From NCBI RefSeq assembly GCF_023055435.1, contig NW_025964223.1, forward strand, positions 37,634,001 to 37,698,000: DNA of 64,000 nt. The letters are read 5' to 3'. The translations under genes were made by a program, and so were the position numbers. The notes under the pieces are model-generated. The model was not told the DNA's origin. It ran no database searches and saw only the letters and a program-made list of their open reading frames with translations. The first letter of the stretch is position 1. The number at the start of each line of letters is the position of its first letter. Of this stretch, positions 26,174-38,500 are shown piece by piece. The stretch comes from Haliotis rufescens. Its lineage: Eukaryota.

Positions 26174-26570
26174 GTGCATATTTTATAGTCAATGTATAAA
26201 ATGTAATTCACTCAGCAATCTATAAAATATCTGAATATTTCAGTAATTTACAAATTGACTGAAACATCTGTCCATTTATTTAACAGACTGACTAACAATT
26301 ATTACGAGGTTCAAAAGGGTTTAAAACATCACAATAGACTAATTATGCTAGGATTAGAAGCCAAAACTATAGAAATGTACTGACTTGTGTTTTCTTTTAA
26401 TCCTATCACTAGGTGATGAAATTAAAACATAAAAAATGTTTGGAATTCATTATCATAACATCATAAATGAACAGATTTTTCAGTCAATTTGTAAAATAAC
26501 TGAATATTTAGGCGTTTAATAAATTGCCTAAGAGAAAGTTTTACAGATTTTGACTATATAATATACACAC
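26174..26570. repeat. Imperfect long inverted repeat (foldback MITE-like)
   Basis: AATATTTCAGT..TTTACAAATTGACTGAAA..TCTGT is mirrored by ACAGA..TTTCAGTCAATTTGTAAA..ACTGAATATT. Confidence 0.55.
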
Positions 26571-28039
26571 AATAAAATGAGCAATGCTCAGGTGAAATAT
26601 TTACTTTGTGTTGCAAGTCAAAACAGTGTACGAAAATCGCACAATACCAAGCAAATGACTTCAAAACTTCATCACCATTACCGATGCTACCCACAAAGAT
26701 ACCTACATTTCCTTATTATTTTCATGACTAAATTGTATTTCATTTTGTTGATCAATATGACCATATGCCCTTATACTATAAATGAAAGCGGCAAATGCGC
26801 TTACGAATGGCACAGTACAGGTCGTGAACTTGTCTAGATTTCTGCTCTATCATCCGGGTACTCACAGGGAACAAAGGCATCAACCAGTCCCGGGAAATTT
26901 CTGTAGATCAGTGCCCCTTTAATATTAACAAAAATGTTTTTAGCAAAGAATATTACTTTATTAGTGAACTGTATTGATAGATATGCACTTTTTATGATCT
27001 TTTTGACGCTTTGAAGAAATTGTTTGAACAGATGTGTATTTTGCAAATGTAACTATTTTATTGTGCATGATTTTTACAAATTCATGTCAAAAACTTTAAT
27101 AATTTATATTTAAAATTATTTCCTTTATTTGCATGTCAATTCAATTACAAAACTTAGCACAAATAATTATTGAAATAATTATTTTTACCTTTTGTTATTA
27201 TCAATACATGTTTATAGCAATATGTAATTGTACGACATTAATCTTTTAAAGCTCAAAGAATTATCTGTAAATACTGTAAATATATTAAGGCCACCTTGTT
27301 TAATCCTCTTGTACTTTGTTAAAACATGGAGTAAGATATCTTCTGATCTATTGTATCTATTGCGCCATGCTTAATAGCATTACAAACTAATTATTGTTAA
27401 TGATTTATTATTAATTGCTTGTGCCATGTTGATTTTATCTTGAATAAATGTTTGAAGATTTCACCACGTCTTCTTCCTAAATTGCAGGTGGCTACATTCA
27501 TGCACTTATAACTACACACTTGCTGGAGGACAGTTTGTACACCATGTACACGCAGTACTTAATGTAACATACAAACACTTCTGTATGCAATAGTCAAATT
27601 TGAAATACAAATCTACAAGCATACTGTTACATTCAACATGCACACTGTCAAACATAACATTGATAGTAATACAACCAAGTACTTCACAATCACCTTGCCA
27701 ACAATGAGTATTGTTTCAGGTTTTAACAACAGTAGACTCAGACCACAGATCAAGGAGCTACCCACCTAAAATAAACTGAATACATTCTTCCCAGTTTCTA
27801 CCAACTATTGAAATAAGAATGAGCTGCTTCTCTTAATTCTATACATTTTGGTACCATGGCTGTTTTAGAATTGCAAGGCATAGCTGTTCCCCAAAGCAAC
27901 AATGATAATGATGATGATGATACTGAATGCTGTAAGTTAAAATAGCAGTTTCGGTGCCACACAGTACTGACAGAATTAAGTGATTGATCCATTAGCATTA
28001 ATCCTTATTTCCAACGGCATACATTTGGCACGGGTGGAT

Positions 28040-28990
28040 CCAGGGAGCAGATATTTGGGTGCTGATCCAGATGGGGGATGTTGGGGTGCAGATCCAGAAG
28101 GGGATGTTGGGGTGCAGATCCAGATGGGGATGTTGGGTTGCAGATCCAGATGGGGATGTTGGGATGCAGATCTCGATGGGGATATTGGGATGCAGAACCA
28201 GATGGGGATATTGGGATGCAGAACCAGATGGGGATATTGGGGTGCAGAACCAGATGGGGATGTTGGGGTGCAGAACCAGATGGGGATGTTGGGGTGCAGA
28301 TCCAGAGGGGGATGTTGGGGTGCAGATCCAGAGGGGATGTTGGGGTGCAGATCCAGAGGGGGGATGTTGGGGTGCAGATCCAGATGGGGATATTGGGGTG
28401 CAAAACCAGATGGGGATGTTGGGGTGCAGATCCAGAAGGGGATGTTGGGGTGCAGAACCAGAAGGGGATGTTGGGGTGCAGAACCAGATGGGGATATTGG
28501 GGTGCAAAACCAGATGGGGATGTTGGGGTGCAGATTCAGAAGGGGATGTTGTGGTGCAGATCCAGATGGGGATATTGGGGTGCAGATCCAGATGGGGGAT
28601 GTTGGGGTGCAGATCCAGATGGGGATATTGGGATGCAGATCCAGATGGGGGATGTTGGGGTGCAGATCCAGATGGGGGATGTTGGGGTGCAGATCCAGAT
28701 AAGGGTATTGGGGTGCAGATCCAGATGGGGGACGTTGGGGTGCAGATCCAGAGGGGTATGTTGGGGTGCAGATCCAGATGGGGGTGTTTGGGGTGCAGAA
28801 CCAGATGGGTGTTTGGTGTTGGGGTGCAGATCCAGAGGGGGGATTTTTTGGTGCAGATCCAGATGGGTGTTGGGTGTTGGGGCACGGATCCATATGGGGA
28901 TGTTTTGGTGCAGATATAGGGGGGATGTTAGGTGGGATGCAGATCCACAAGGGGGATGTTGGGGAGCAGGTCCAGTGGGAGATATGGAAC
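28040..28990. repeat. G-rich ~26-bp minisatellite (TTGGGGTGCAGATCCAGATGGGGATG)
   Basis: About 35 copies with unit length 25-28 bp; open in many frames. Confidence 0.95.
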
Positions 28991-29315
28991 CAGAGGGGAC
29001 ATGTGGGGTGCATATCCCCCCTTTTCTGAACAGTCAAAGTTTATGTATTAAGAAAAGATAGATACAGAGTGCCTCGCTCCCACACATGTAAAGCTATCGA
29101 GTGTTTTTGCTCGCAAATGACTTGGTTAGAGTGTGCATCCCATCTTTTGTCAAAATTCTGGATTCAATTGTTTTGGAGAGTCAGCACGGACCAAATATGT
29201 CTGTAGTGCCCATTTCACGTTTCCTAGTGAATCAGATAGGATGTACAAGAACATCAAGATGATTGTCCCCTTGTATTCTGCAGCAGCAGGACAGCATATT
29301 ACCTTACTTTCTGTC

Positions 29316-29497
29316 ACTGGTACATATCATTGTCTAACTTTTTTAGTTCTCAGACTGGTACATATCATTGTCTAACATTTATAGTTCTCAGACTGGTACA
29401 TATCATTGTCTAACATTTATAGTTCTCAGACTGGTACATATCATTGTCTAACATTTATAGTTCTCAGACTGGTACATATCATTGTCTAACATTTACA
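29316..29497. repeat. 38-bp tandem repeat (~4.7 copies)
   Basis: CTGGTACATATCATTGTCTAACATTTATAGTTCTCAGA. Confidence 0.9.
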
Positions 29498-29582
29498 TGA
29501 TGAAAGTGAGAAATATCCAGTACTTGAGCGGATCTCTCAGAATTCAACCAGTCATTGTCTTTCAATGCACTGCAGCTGTGTG

Positions 29583-32500
29583 TCACCGGTCCTGCCTCTG
29601 ATTACGGAGACGTGCACATATACCAGTGGTGGTGTTCATGTTGATGTTGTCATCACGCACAATATCGATCTCAACCTGTGGGTCTTGGTCCAGTGTGCTG
29701 AACAGGTTCTCCTCACTCCCCCCGAGCCCTTGGGTCCCCCCCAACTTGGCGTTCTTGCAGCTCTTCAGGTGCCGGGTCAGGTGGTACTTGGAGTAAAAGG
29801 ACTTGCCGCACTCAGTGCAGGTGAAGTTGCGCTCCTTGTTGTGCACCAGCATGTGTTTCTTGTAGTTGGCTAGCCTGTAGAAGACCTTCACACACAGGGC
29901 ACAGGGATAGCACTTCTCCTTAGTGTGCTTCAGCTCATGAGACTTCAGGTCGGAGGGGCGAGCTATCTTTGCTGAGCAGAATCGACACTGCAGTCCCTCT
30001 CCACCTGTGTGGATAATCATATGAGACTGTAGATGGGCCTTCTGACGAAATGACTTGCTGCAGATGTCGCAAGTAAACTTCCGTTCACCTAAAACAAATA
30101 TGACATTTTATTCATTTTTTAAATGTTTTTTATGTTTTACTTGAAAGGAAAAAAGAATCCCAAAGTTCTATCTGTCATTTTAAAACAGGGAAACATGAAA
30201 TGGTCAAGAAAAGAGGTATGACCAGGGTCATGTTACTGCAAAATCTGATGTCCTTGCTGTTATGAATCAGAGTAAATGTTACCAGCAACATGTCTTGTTA
30301 TCAAACTTGATACAAATAAACAACTCTCCCTGAAACCAGTTGATCCTTTATATACTACATACTGTCGGCTGACATTACCTCATCCATCCTCAACATTGGG
30401 CAGTCCGTATTGTGTATATATATACATCATGTGTACAATGACCAGTGACATCTTGCAGGCATAACTCCTATGTATTCTATGTATGGCTTAGTTACCTATA
30501 GATTTAACTGTCCTAAAGTAAACTTAGAACTAAACGTGCAGGGCAGACTTCTCATAGAGGTATTTATTGTCACTGTTAGAATGAGCTGCAGTACCAGAAT
30601 CCCATATGCCCTACTTTGTCGCAGCTGGATTTCCAACTGCCAGTTAATCTGTACAAATTCACTGGCTTGAATTTCTCTTTTTGGTTCACAAACATCCCAG
30701 AACTATGTGAAAAGCTGTCAATCCCTCATTTAATTATTGGTAACGTTTGGTAAAAATTCAAGCAAAAATTCCAAACTTTTACTTGTATCCACAAGTATTT
30801 TCTAAACTGACTCCATCCCTCCCTACCTGTATGTATGTTCTGGTGCTGGCGGAGGTTGCTCTGGTCGGAGAACTTCTTGCCACAGTGTGGGCAGGAGAAG
30901 GGCTTCAGCCTCATGTGCAGGGCCACCATGTGGGTCTTCAGCTTGGTGGTGGAGGTGAAGCGTCTGTTACACATCTGACACGGCCAGCGCCGCGAGCTGG
31001 AGTTGGGGTGGTCCGTCTTCATGTGTCTACTGAGGCTCTTCCAGTCACTGAACACTTTACTGCACACATGGCAGTAGGGACAGTTGGAGGGCCAGAGCTG
31101 GCTGGGTTTAGCTGGCAGACCTGTATATGATGCAGTAAACTGGGGTGAGCATGGGGGATAGCTCCTGCTTCAATAATATTATATATTAACAGCTAAAATA
31201 GTATTGTAAAACTATTGTAATAGTACTGTGAGGCTATGGTGAGTTTGTTTTTCTTCCCATAATGTGTACTTCCTCTGTGCAGTATTGTGTCCCTACGTTC
31301 TTAATACGAGGGTGGAGTCATATGTTCTGAGCCCCACATATGTAGCGGCCATAAAATTCCCGTGATGGGATTCGAACTACGGACCTTCTGATCAGATGTC
31401 GAACACCTTGTCCACATGACCAAAGAGGTTAACTCCATCAGCAAGCAGACAAGGTAAGGATGTCATCCGTTGGATGACTCCACGCCCTGCTCCATATGGA
31501 AGGAAGTAGGTAATCGGGAAATATTTTGTGGTGGACATTACAATCAATCTTTATTCATAAAGCAGTGGATGCCATAGGCCCATGCTGCAGTTACATCATT
31601 GCTTGAGAGAGTAACAGCATATACATTGGTACATTCATATACATTGTTCACCCAAATGTCTTAGTTGCACTGATTTATTTACAAAAGTTGCAAGATTTGT
31701 AACAGTTTCTGTTTGTTTTTTTAAGTCATTAGTAACTTAAATTTAAGTAATGTTGGATATAAGTAGAATTCTGGGGGTATATACACGCTCCTGAGATTGT
31801 CATAAGCATAACACACAAGTACACAAGTATTTGTCGCATTGTGACAATGCCCCCAACCGCTACAAAATAATAACATACATAAGTTCCCTAAATTTAAGTA
31901 AAGTAGTCACACAATATTTCTCCATGATATCCACATAAATTTGAGCTACAACACTTTTAATTGCTTTTATCGAAAACCGGAAGTTGTGATTTCATGTGTT
32001 GGACAATATAGAATATCTTCAGAAGGATTTCAATTCAAAACCTACAGAATCAACAAGCAGTCCAGGCATGAAACAATATCCCTCCCTGAAATTTAAAAGT
32101 ATTTTAGTTTATTGGTGGAACATTTTCACTGCAAGTAAAGTAAGTAAAGTTATGCCTCATGAGTTTACATAGCTGCTACATCTGCTACATCTTCCCCCTA
32201 CACAGAAAGTTCCTAAGTGTGCCTGGAGGTTGGTTTACGACAACAACCAATACAGATGTCTCTGATGTGTAACCATAACTGCCATTATGTTGGATGTTGG
32301 ACAATGAAGCTGTGTGTAACTCAGATCGCTCTAACCCAGTATTGCATCCGTGATCAGATACCTTGCGCAGGAATGAATGAGAAGGGAGACAATCATATCA
32401 GTGTATTTCCTCATCTTGGAGATGGGTTTTTGTGAGGTATAGCACTGACATTGTATTGGTGAATTCTTCTGTCAGGAGGTGATTGTAATGTGTATAGAGA

Positions 32501-35500
32501 TTAGACATAAGACATTGAGATGTCCAACCAGAAGTGAATCTTGTGGGATGCTCAGCAGGGAAGACTTTCAAGAGAACAAACCATCCTCTTTCAGTCACTC
32601 CATTTCCTTAAGAGCATCCTTACTGACTTTATATTCTGAGGATCAAAGCCAACTAGATACAGCCTTTGTCTTGAGGTAACCCTACTAAGCATTGTGCACA
32701 CACAAGTCCTTGCATAATAATATTGGTGTGTGTTTTTCTGTTGTCAAATCACCAACCATAGAACTGTATGTGCTGCCTTGTGACTTGTGAACAGGAACAG
32801 TCCATGGAAGAACACCAGGATACTGTTTTCTTTCCACTGCAACAAACTTTCTTTTGGCAATGAAACATTTGACTATAACAGCCTGTATAGGAGTTGCTTC
32901 CTTCAGGTGTGGAGGATTTCCTCTTCTAGCTTGCAATTCTTCATTTACATTGTCTGAATGAAATATACCCCCTGGTTCTTGAGATATTGCGCAAAAAAGA
33001 TCGCATTTCTTGCCCTATAAAAATCCACCCAGATCGGATAACATTCATTCGTTATTAAATTGCTACCACATGCCAAGACAGACAAGAAATCAGTGACACC
33101 AAGCCCGATGCATTTCAAGTCCACCTAAGGACCATATACAGGCTCCAGCAATGGTATCAGACCACCAACACTACAGATGAAGTGGAAGACCAAGGGTACC
33201 ACCCGACGTCAGGATCATCAGATTGTGCGACAGCATCTTCAAGATCGTTTTGTTACTGCTGCGGAAACTGCTCGACAGACCATGGGGACACACCAGCGAC
33301 ACATTAGTGCGGACACTGTGCGTTGACGATTGACGAGCAGACACCTTCACTGTCACAGGCCACGGGACCGTCTTCGGTTGGCAACACAGCACCAGCATTG
33401 GCGCCACCAGCAGTGGAGAAAAATCCTCTTCTCACACGAGAGCCGTTACTGTATCTCAACAGCAGATGGCAGAGAGAGGGTCTGGCGACACCGTGGGGGA
33501 CGTTATTCACATGCTTGTGTTGTTGAGAGAGACTCGTGGGGTGGTCCAAGCATCATGGTGTGAGGTGGAATTGGTCTTGCACAGAGGGTCGGCCCTGTGG
33601 TCTTCCAGAACATGGCTCCAGGGAGAGGCAATGGTGTCACAGCAGCCTGGTACATTTAGGTCTTGAGACCACACGCCATACCTCATTTGGCATGCCGAAA
33701 CCACGAGTTTCAGCATGATAACTCCCGTGCCCACACTGGGAGAGCAACAAGAGTTGTGCTCCAGCAGAATGGCATCAGAACTATGCAGTGGCCTAGCTGC
33801 CCTCAGTCCCGATTTAAATCCCATTGAGCACCTGTAGGACGAGATTCAAAGACGGCTGAATGACATCCGACCAAGGCCGACAACTGTAAGTGAAGTGCGT
33901 CAGGCGTTCCTCAGAGTGTGGGCTCAAGTGCCTATGGCCTTCATCAACTGCCTCATCTATTCTATGTATCGAGGTTGCACAGCAGTCGTCAATGCACATG
34001 GCAGAAACATTTTCTCAGAGACTGGGGTTGTGTTTCACTTTAAGAACGTTTGACACTTTAATTTCAACCTCGTTGATCAGTTTCATCTTTTTAATAAAAA
34101 AAGTACTGCATGCCAAAATTGCTCGTAGGATGATTTCGTTCAATATACAAACTCAGATTTCAAACTAGATATGTTATATACATGTCCTTGTTTCCACAGA
34201 CATATCAAAACCAAATACTCACAGATTGGAACAGTTTCTAGATGAGTGTCATATAAATACCATTTTTCAGGTTTGGATAGTATACCACCATTTTTAAAAA
34301 CAATTTTCGATTTTTCTAAATTTACAGATAACTGGTGACTTTCACTGAAACATCCCAAAAACATTAACACGTTTTTGTAAATCATATGCAGAATCTGCGT
34401 GAAGCGCAAATAATAATAGAAATAGTTGCATAATATCTGGATGCATTTGTATCCCATGTTCACAGTTTGATTCGATTTGTATAGCTGACTCATTAATAAA
34501 CATGGAAAATAAAAGTGGACTTAACACACATCCTTGTCTTACCCCCAATGGACAATCAAAATCTTGTGACAGATTATTGTATTCCCCCTTTACATACTTA
34601 CAGATGGATGTGACAGCATTTAGCATTTTCGGCGAAACACCTCTATGTTTCAGTACAAACCACAGTTTTGATCTATCAAGTCAGATCAAAAGCCTTTCTG
34701 AAATCAACAAATATGGCATAAAGCTTACCTTTCTTTCTTGATAAATGACACTGAATAATGGCTTGGAGGATGAACATGTTCATTACATTACAAGATCTCT
34801 AGAGGTATATTCACAAAAACTTGCTGTGATCAAGTGATCTTGCAAAAAGTGGGCTTTGACACCAAAAGCCATCCATGAAGTACAAAACTTGGGAAGGACT
34901 CTCCTTCCTATGGCAAAGTGATGAGGTGGGTAGCAGAGTGGCAGAGAGAGCCTTGAAGACAACCCGTCCTGGGTGGCCTCTCACATCAGTAACACCAGAA
35001 ATGATCTCGAGAATTTATGACATGGTGATACCAGGACATGACTGAGCATTATGTTGCTATTTCATAGGGCATTTCCCAAGAGAGAGTAAATTCCATTTTC
35101 AACTTTGTCAATGAAGAAAGCACCAGCTCATTGGGTCCAAAGCTTCTGTTTGTTTGTTTGTTGTTGTTTAACGCCGCACTCAGCAATATGCCAGCTAATT
35201 GATGGCGGTCTGTAAATAATCGAGTCTGGACCAGAGAATCCAGTGATTGTTATCATGAGTATTGATCTCTGCAATTGGGATTGATGACATGCATCAACCA
35301 AGTCAGCGAGCCTGACCACCCGTTCCTGTTAGTCACCTCTTACGACAAGCATAGTCGCCTTTTAAGGCAAGCATGGGTTGCTTTAGACCTATTCTACCCT
35401 GGATCTTCGTGAGTTCCAAAGCTTCTGATATCTGATCAAACAGGCAACACATGTTTGGAGCTGATCCAGAAAGGTTCTTGCAAAGATTTGTGACTATGGA

Positions 35501-38500
35501 AGAAATGTGGGTTGACCACTTCCAGCTTTAGTCCAAACAACAATCAAAACAATGGAAGCACTTGACATCACCATCACCATCACCAAGAAGGCAACTGGAA
35601 AGGTTATGGCCTCTGTGTTTTTGGATGCTGAAGGTGGACTATGTTCCAAAAGACCAGAGAATAAATGGAGCATATTATGCTGCACTTTTTAGGCAATTAA
35701 ATAATGAAATTAAGACAAAATTAGGCTGAGAAAAGGTGTGCCCTTCCACCAGGACAATGCAACAGTGCACAAACCAGTCTTTGCCATGGCCACAATCCAT
35801 GAGTGTGGCTTTGAACTCATTTAAGCACCATCTTGTTTTCCTCATATGGCTATGTCAGACTTCAATCTGTTCCTAGACACGAAGAAATTTTCAGCCGGAA
35901 CCATTTTGACTTGAACTATGATGTCATAGCAGCTGTGGCGAACTTAATGGACAGCCAAAAGGAGCACTTCTATGAAACCGGGAAATATTCCCTTCAAAAT
36001 CGTTGGCAAAAGTGTCAAATGAAAGGAGATTATGTTGAAAAATAAATCATTTTCATGTCCTTAGGTCAAGTGTTTCTATGTGAGGCTAAGAACATATCAA
36101 TCAAACCTGGTACTCAATTATTATTTTCATGACATTAAGCTTCACTATGCTCAAGCAGGATCACTAACCTAAGAGTTTTGCGTAGTCTTTAGCAAACCAG
36201 AAAAGCAGCTCAGACCCAGCCTCCATATCCTTGTTAGTTATGAAGAACAGCTCCGCGCCACGCTGGTAGACCACCACATTCTGATCCTGCAGTGTGGGTG
36301 CCGGCTTTACGTACATCAGCCAGTTACACTCAGCTTCATCGCTTACATCAACCACACTGTGATGGTCACAGTAGAATATCTGAAATAGACAACGCCTTAT
36401 ACATCAGCCAGTGACACGCTCATCACTTTCTTCAATCACACTGTGTCTCCCACCAATATATTGCATAAACATTTGTAAGACATGAATCTTTCTCAGCCAT
36501 GCATTTTTAAGCCATGTGACTGTCTCTAAGCCATGTGTCTATAAGCTCTGCGTCTATAAGCCATACAACTCTCTCTCTAAGCCATGCGTCTATAAGCCAT
36601 GCAACTGTCCTTAAGCCATGAATCTGTAAGCCATGCATTTATAAGCCATGTGACTGTCAGTATGTCTTGAGTCTGTAAGCCATGCAACTGTCTTTAAGCC
36701 ATGAATCTGTAAGCCATGCATTTATAAGCCATGCGGCTGTCAGTATGTCTTGAGTCTGTAAGCCATGCGGTTATAAGCCATGCAACTGTATTTAAGCCAT
36801 GAATATGTATGGCCATGCGTTTATAAGCCATGCAAATGTCAGTATGTCTTGAGTCTGTAAGCCATGCAACTGTCTTTAAGCCATGAATCTGTAAGCCATG
36901 TGGTTATAAGCCATGCAACTGTCAGTATGTCATGAGTCTGTAATTTGTGCATATATAAGCCATGTGACGATCTTTAAGCCTTGTGTCTGTCAACCGTGTC
37001 TACAAGCAGTGAGACCATAAGGTAAGTGTTTGTAGCATGTGTGTCTGCAGCTGATGTATCTGTAAGCCGAACACATGCACCTGTAATCCACTCACCTTCC
37101 AGGTGAAGCTGCTGGTGTAGGTGTAGGTGTCTTCAGAAACTATCTTCCCTACAAGGGGACCAAACTCTGTCTTCTTCAATATCTTCTCATTGGTGAAAAC
37201 ACCTGCAATATTAAGAAAAAGTGAGGCCTAAAAAGAAATAACCTTGTGGTTCCGATTACCTCACCTACCAACCCTAAACAATGCTTCCAACCTAATGTTC
37301 TTTCACTATTAATTAACTTGATTGACATTTGTTCCGCTGTTTTCTCTTTCGCCAGTTTCCCAATAACAATGAAGCTTGCATAACTGCATGTATTGTCTGT
37401 GTCAATGAACATTCGATAGCTCCATGCAGTGATGCGAGTATTCGGTTACACAAAATGACTATACAGTGGGCAGTGCATTGAGTTTACAAACTTCTCACAT
37501 GTGTACTCTGTCCTGCATTACTTGACATCATGCTGATTTACTTTCCACCCAAACGTGAGAGTGTAAATGATGAAATGGTGACCTGGAACATAGCATTCAG
37601 TTCAACTATCTTTGTTGTCCTTTAAATTGTAATTTTGTAAATTAAAAAACATACCTATGAACCTACCCTAATTCTAAACTTGCTGTAATCGGAACCACAA
37701 TTTGTGTGTGTCTTTATTAATGAGGGTTTTTTCAGGAATACAAGACAGCTGGCTATTGAAATGAATGTGTATGGATTTAAGCTGCTTTTAGAAATATCCT
37801 AGCCATATGATTGTGTGGGTTACAATGAACAGGAATCACTACTGAGAATACTAGCTCTATTACATATCTGCCATAAATCCTGTATTTTGGCTTCAATCTC
37901 ACTAACAAAAATATTCAGATTTTCAACAGATGTCCTCTTCACTGTGAATTACACAGAACTAGTTATCGCCAAGTAGTCTTGTAACTACCCAAGCCATGAT
38001 GTCATAATGGCGGCAACCTCACTTTTTTCCCTCATCTACTACAAGAGGTAGATGAATTGGAGAGGTGGGAGGGAGTAGTTCGCATGTAATAGAGGTAGTA
38101 TTCTTGGAATTATTAACAATAACTATTGTTCGTGATTCTTACGAAAATTCCACCTCTATTACATCTCTGCCAGAATAAACGGGAGGGACCCAGTGGGATC
38201 TGCCTCTAGTAACTCGCTGTGTAATTGACAGCAATCCTCTTCTGGAAACCATTATCTACTGATTCTCATCCTACTGAGATAATTTCCTCTGAACTTGGAC
38301 TTGAAAATCAGAAACTATGTCAATAATCAGTGAAATATATGATATTATCACTAGATTTATTGTTATATTTGCTGATTTTGACCATAATAAACCTGGATTA
38401 GTGACCTATAATACCGACAATCACATCACTTCCGGTACATCACTTCTGGTTCTGACATCACTTCCAAATATGACGTCACTTCCAGTATGTCACTTCCCTA

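Larger units (their letters stand above)
24410..26918. mobile_element. Non-autonomous Kolobok-like element
   Basis: TTAA|AGGGGCAC...GTGCCCCT|TTAA ends (RR..YY termini, TTAA TSD); only 8 bp of the TIR are perfect. Confidence 0.65.
16717..27496 (+). mobile_element. Gypsy/Ty3 LTR retrotransposon, decayed, with nested insertions
   Basis: 5' LTR 16717..16944 ending GGCTACA, PBS TGGCGAGC; gag knuckle CFKCGSEDHF*AGC; PR LWDTGAQVS; [15 protein letters not shown]; RNase H HTDACQEGLGAVL; [26 protein letters not shown]; PPT then 3' LTR from 23197. Confidence 0.9.

Noticed and set aside
27976-29061. Six overlapping Pro/Gly-rich ORFs
   Set aside because: Generated by the 26-bp G-rich minisatellite
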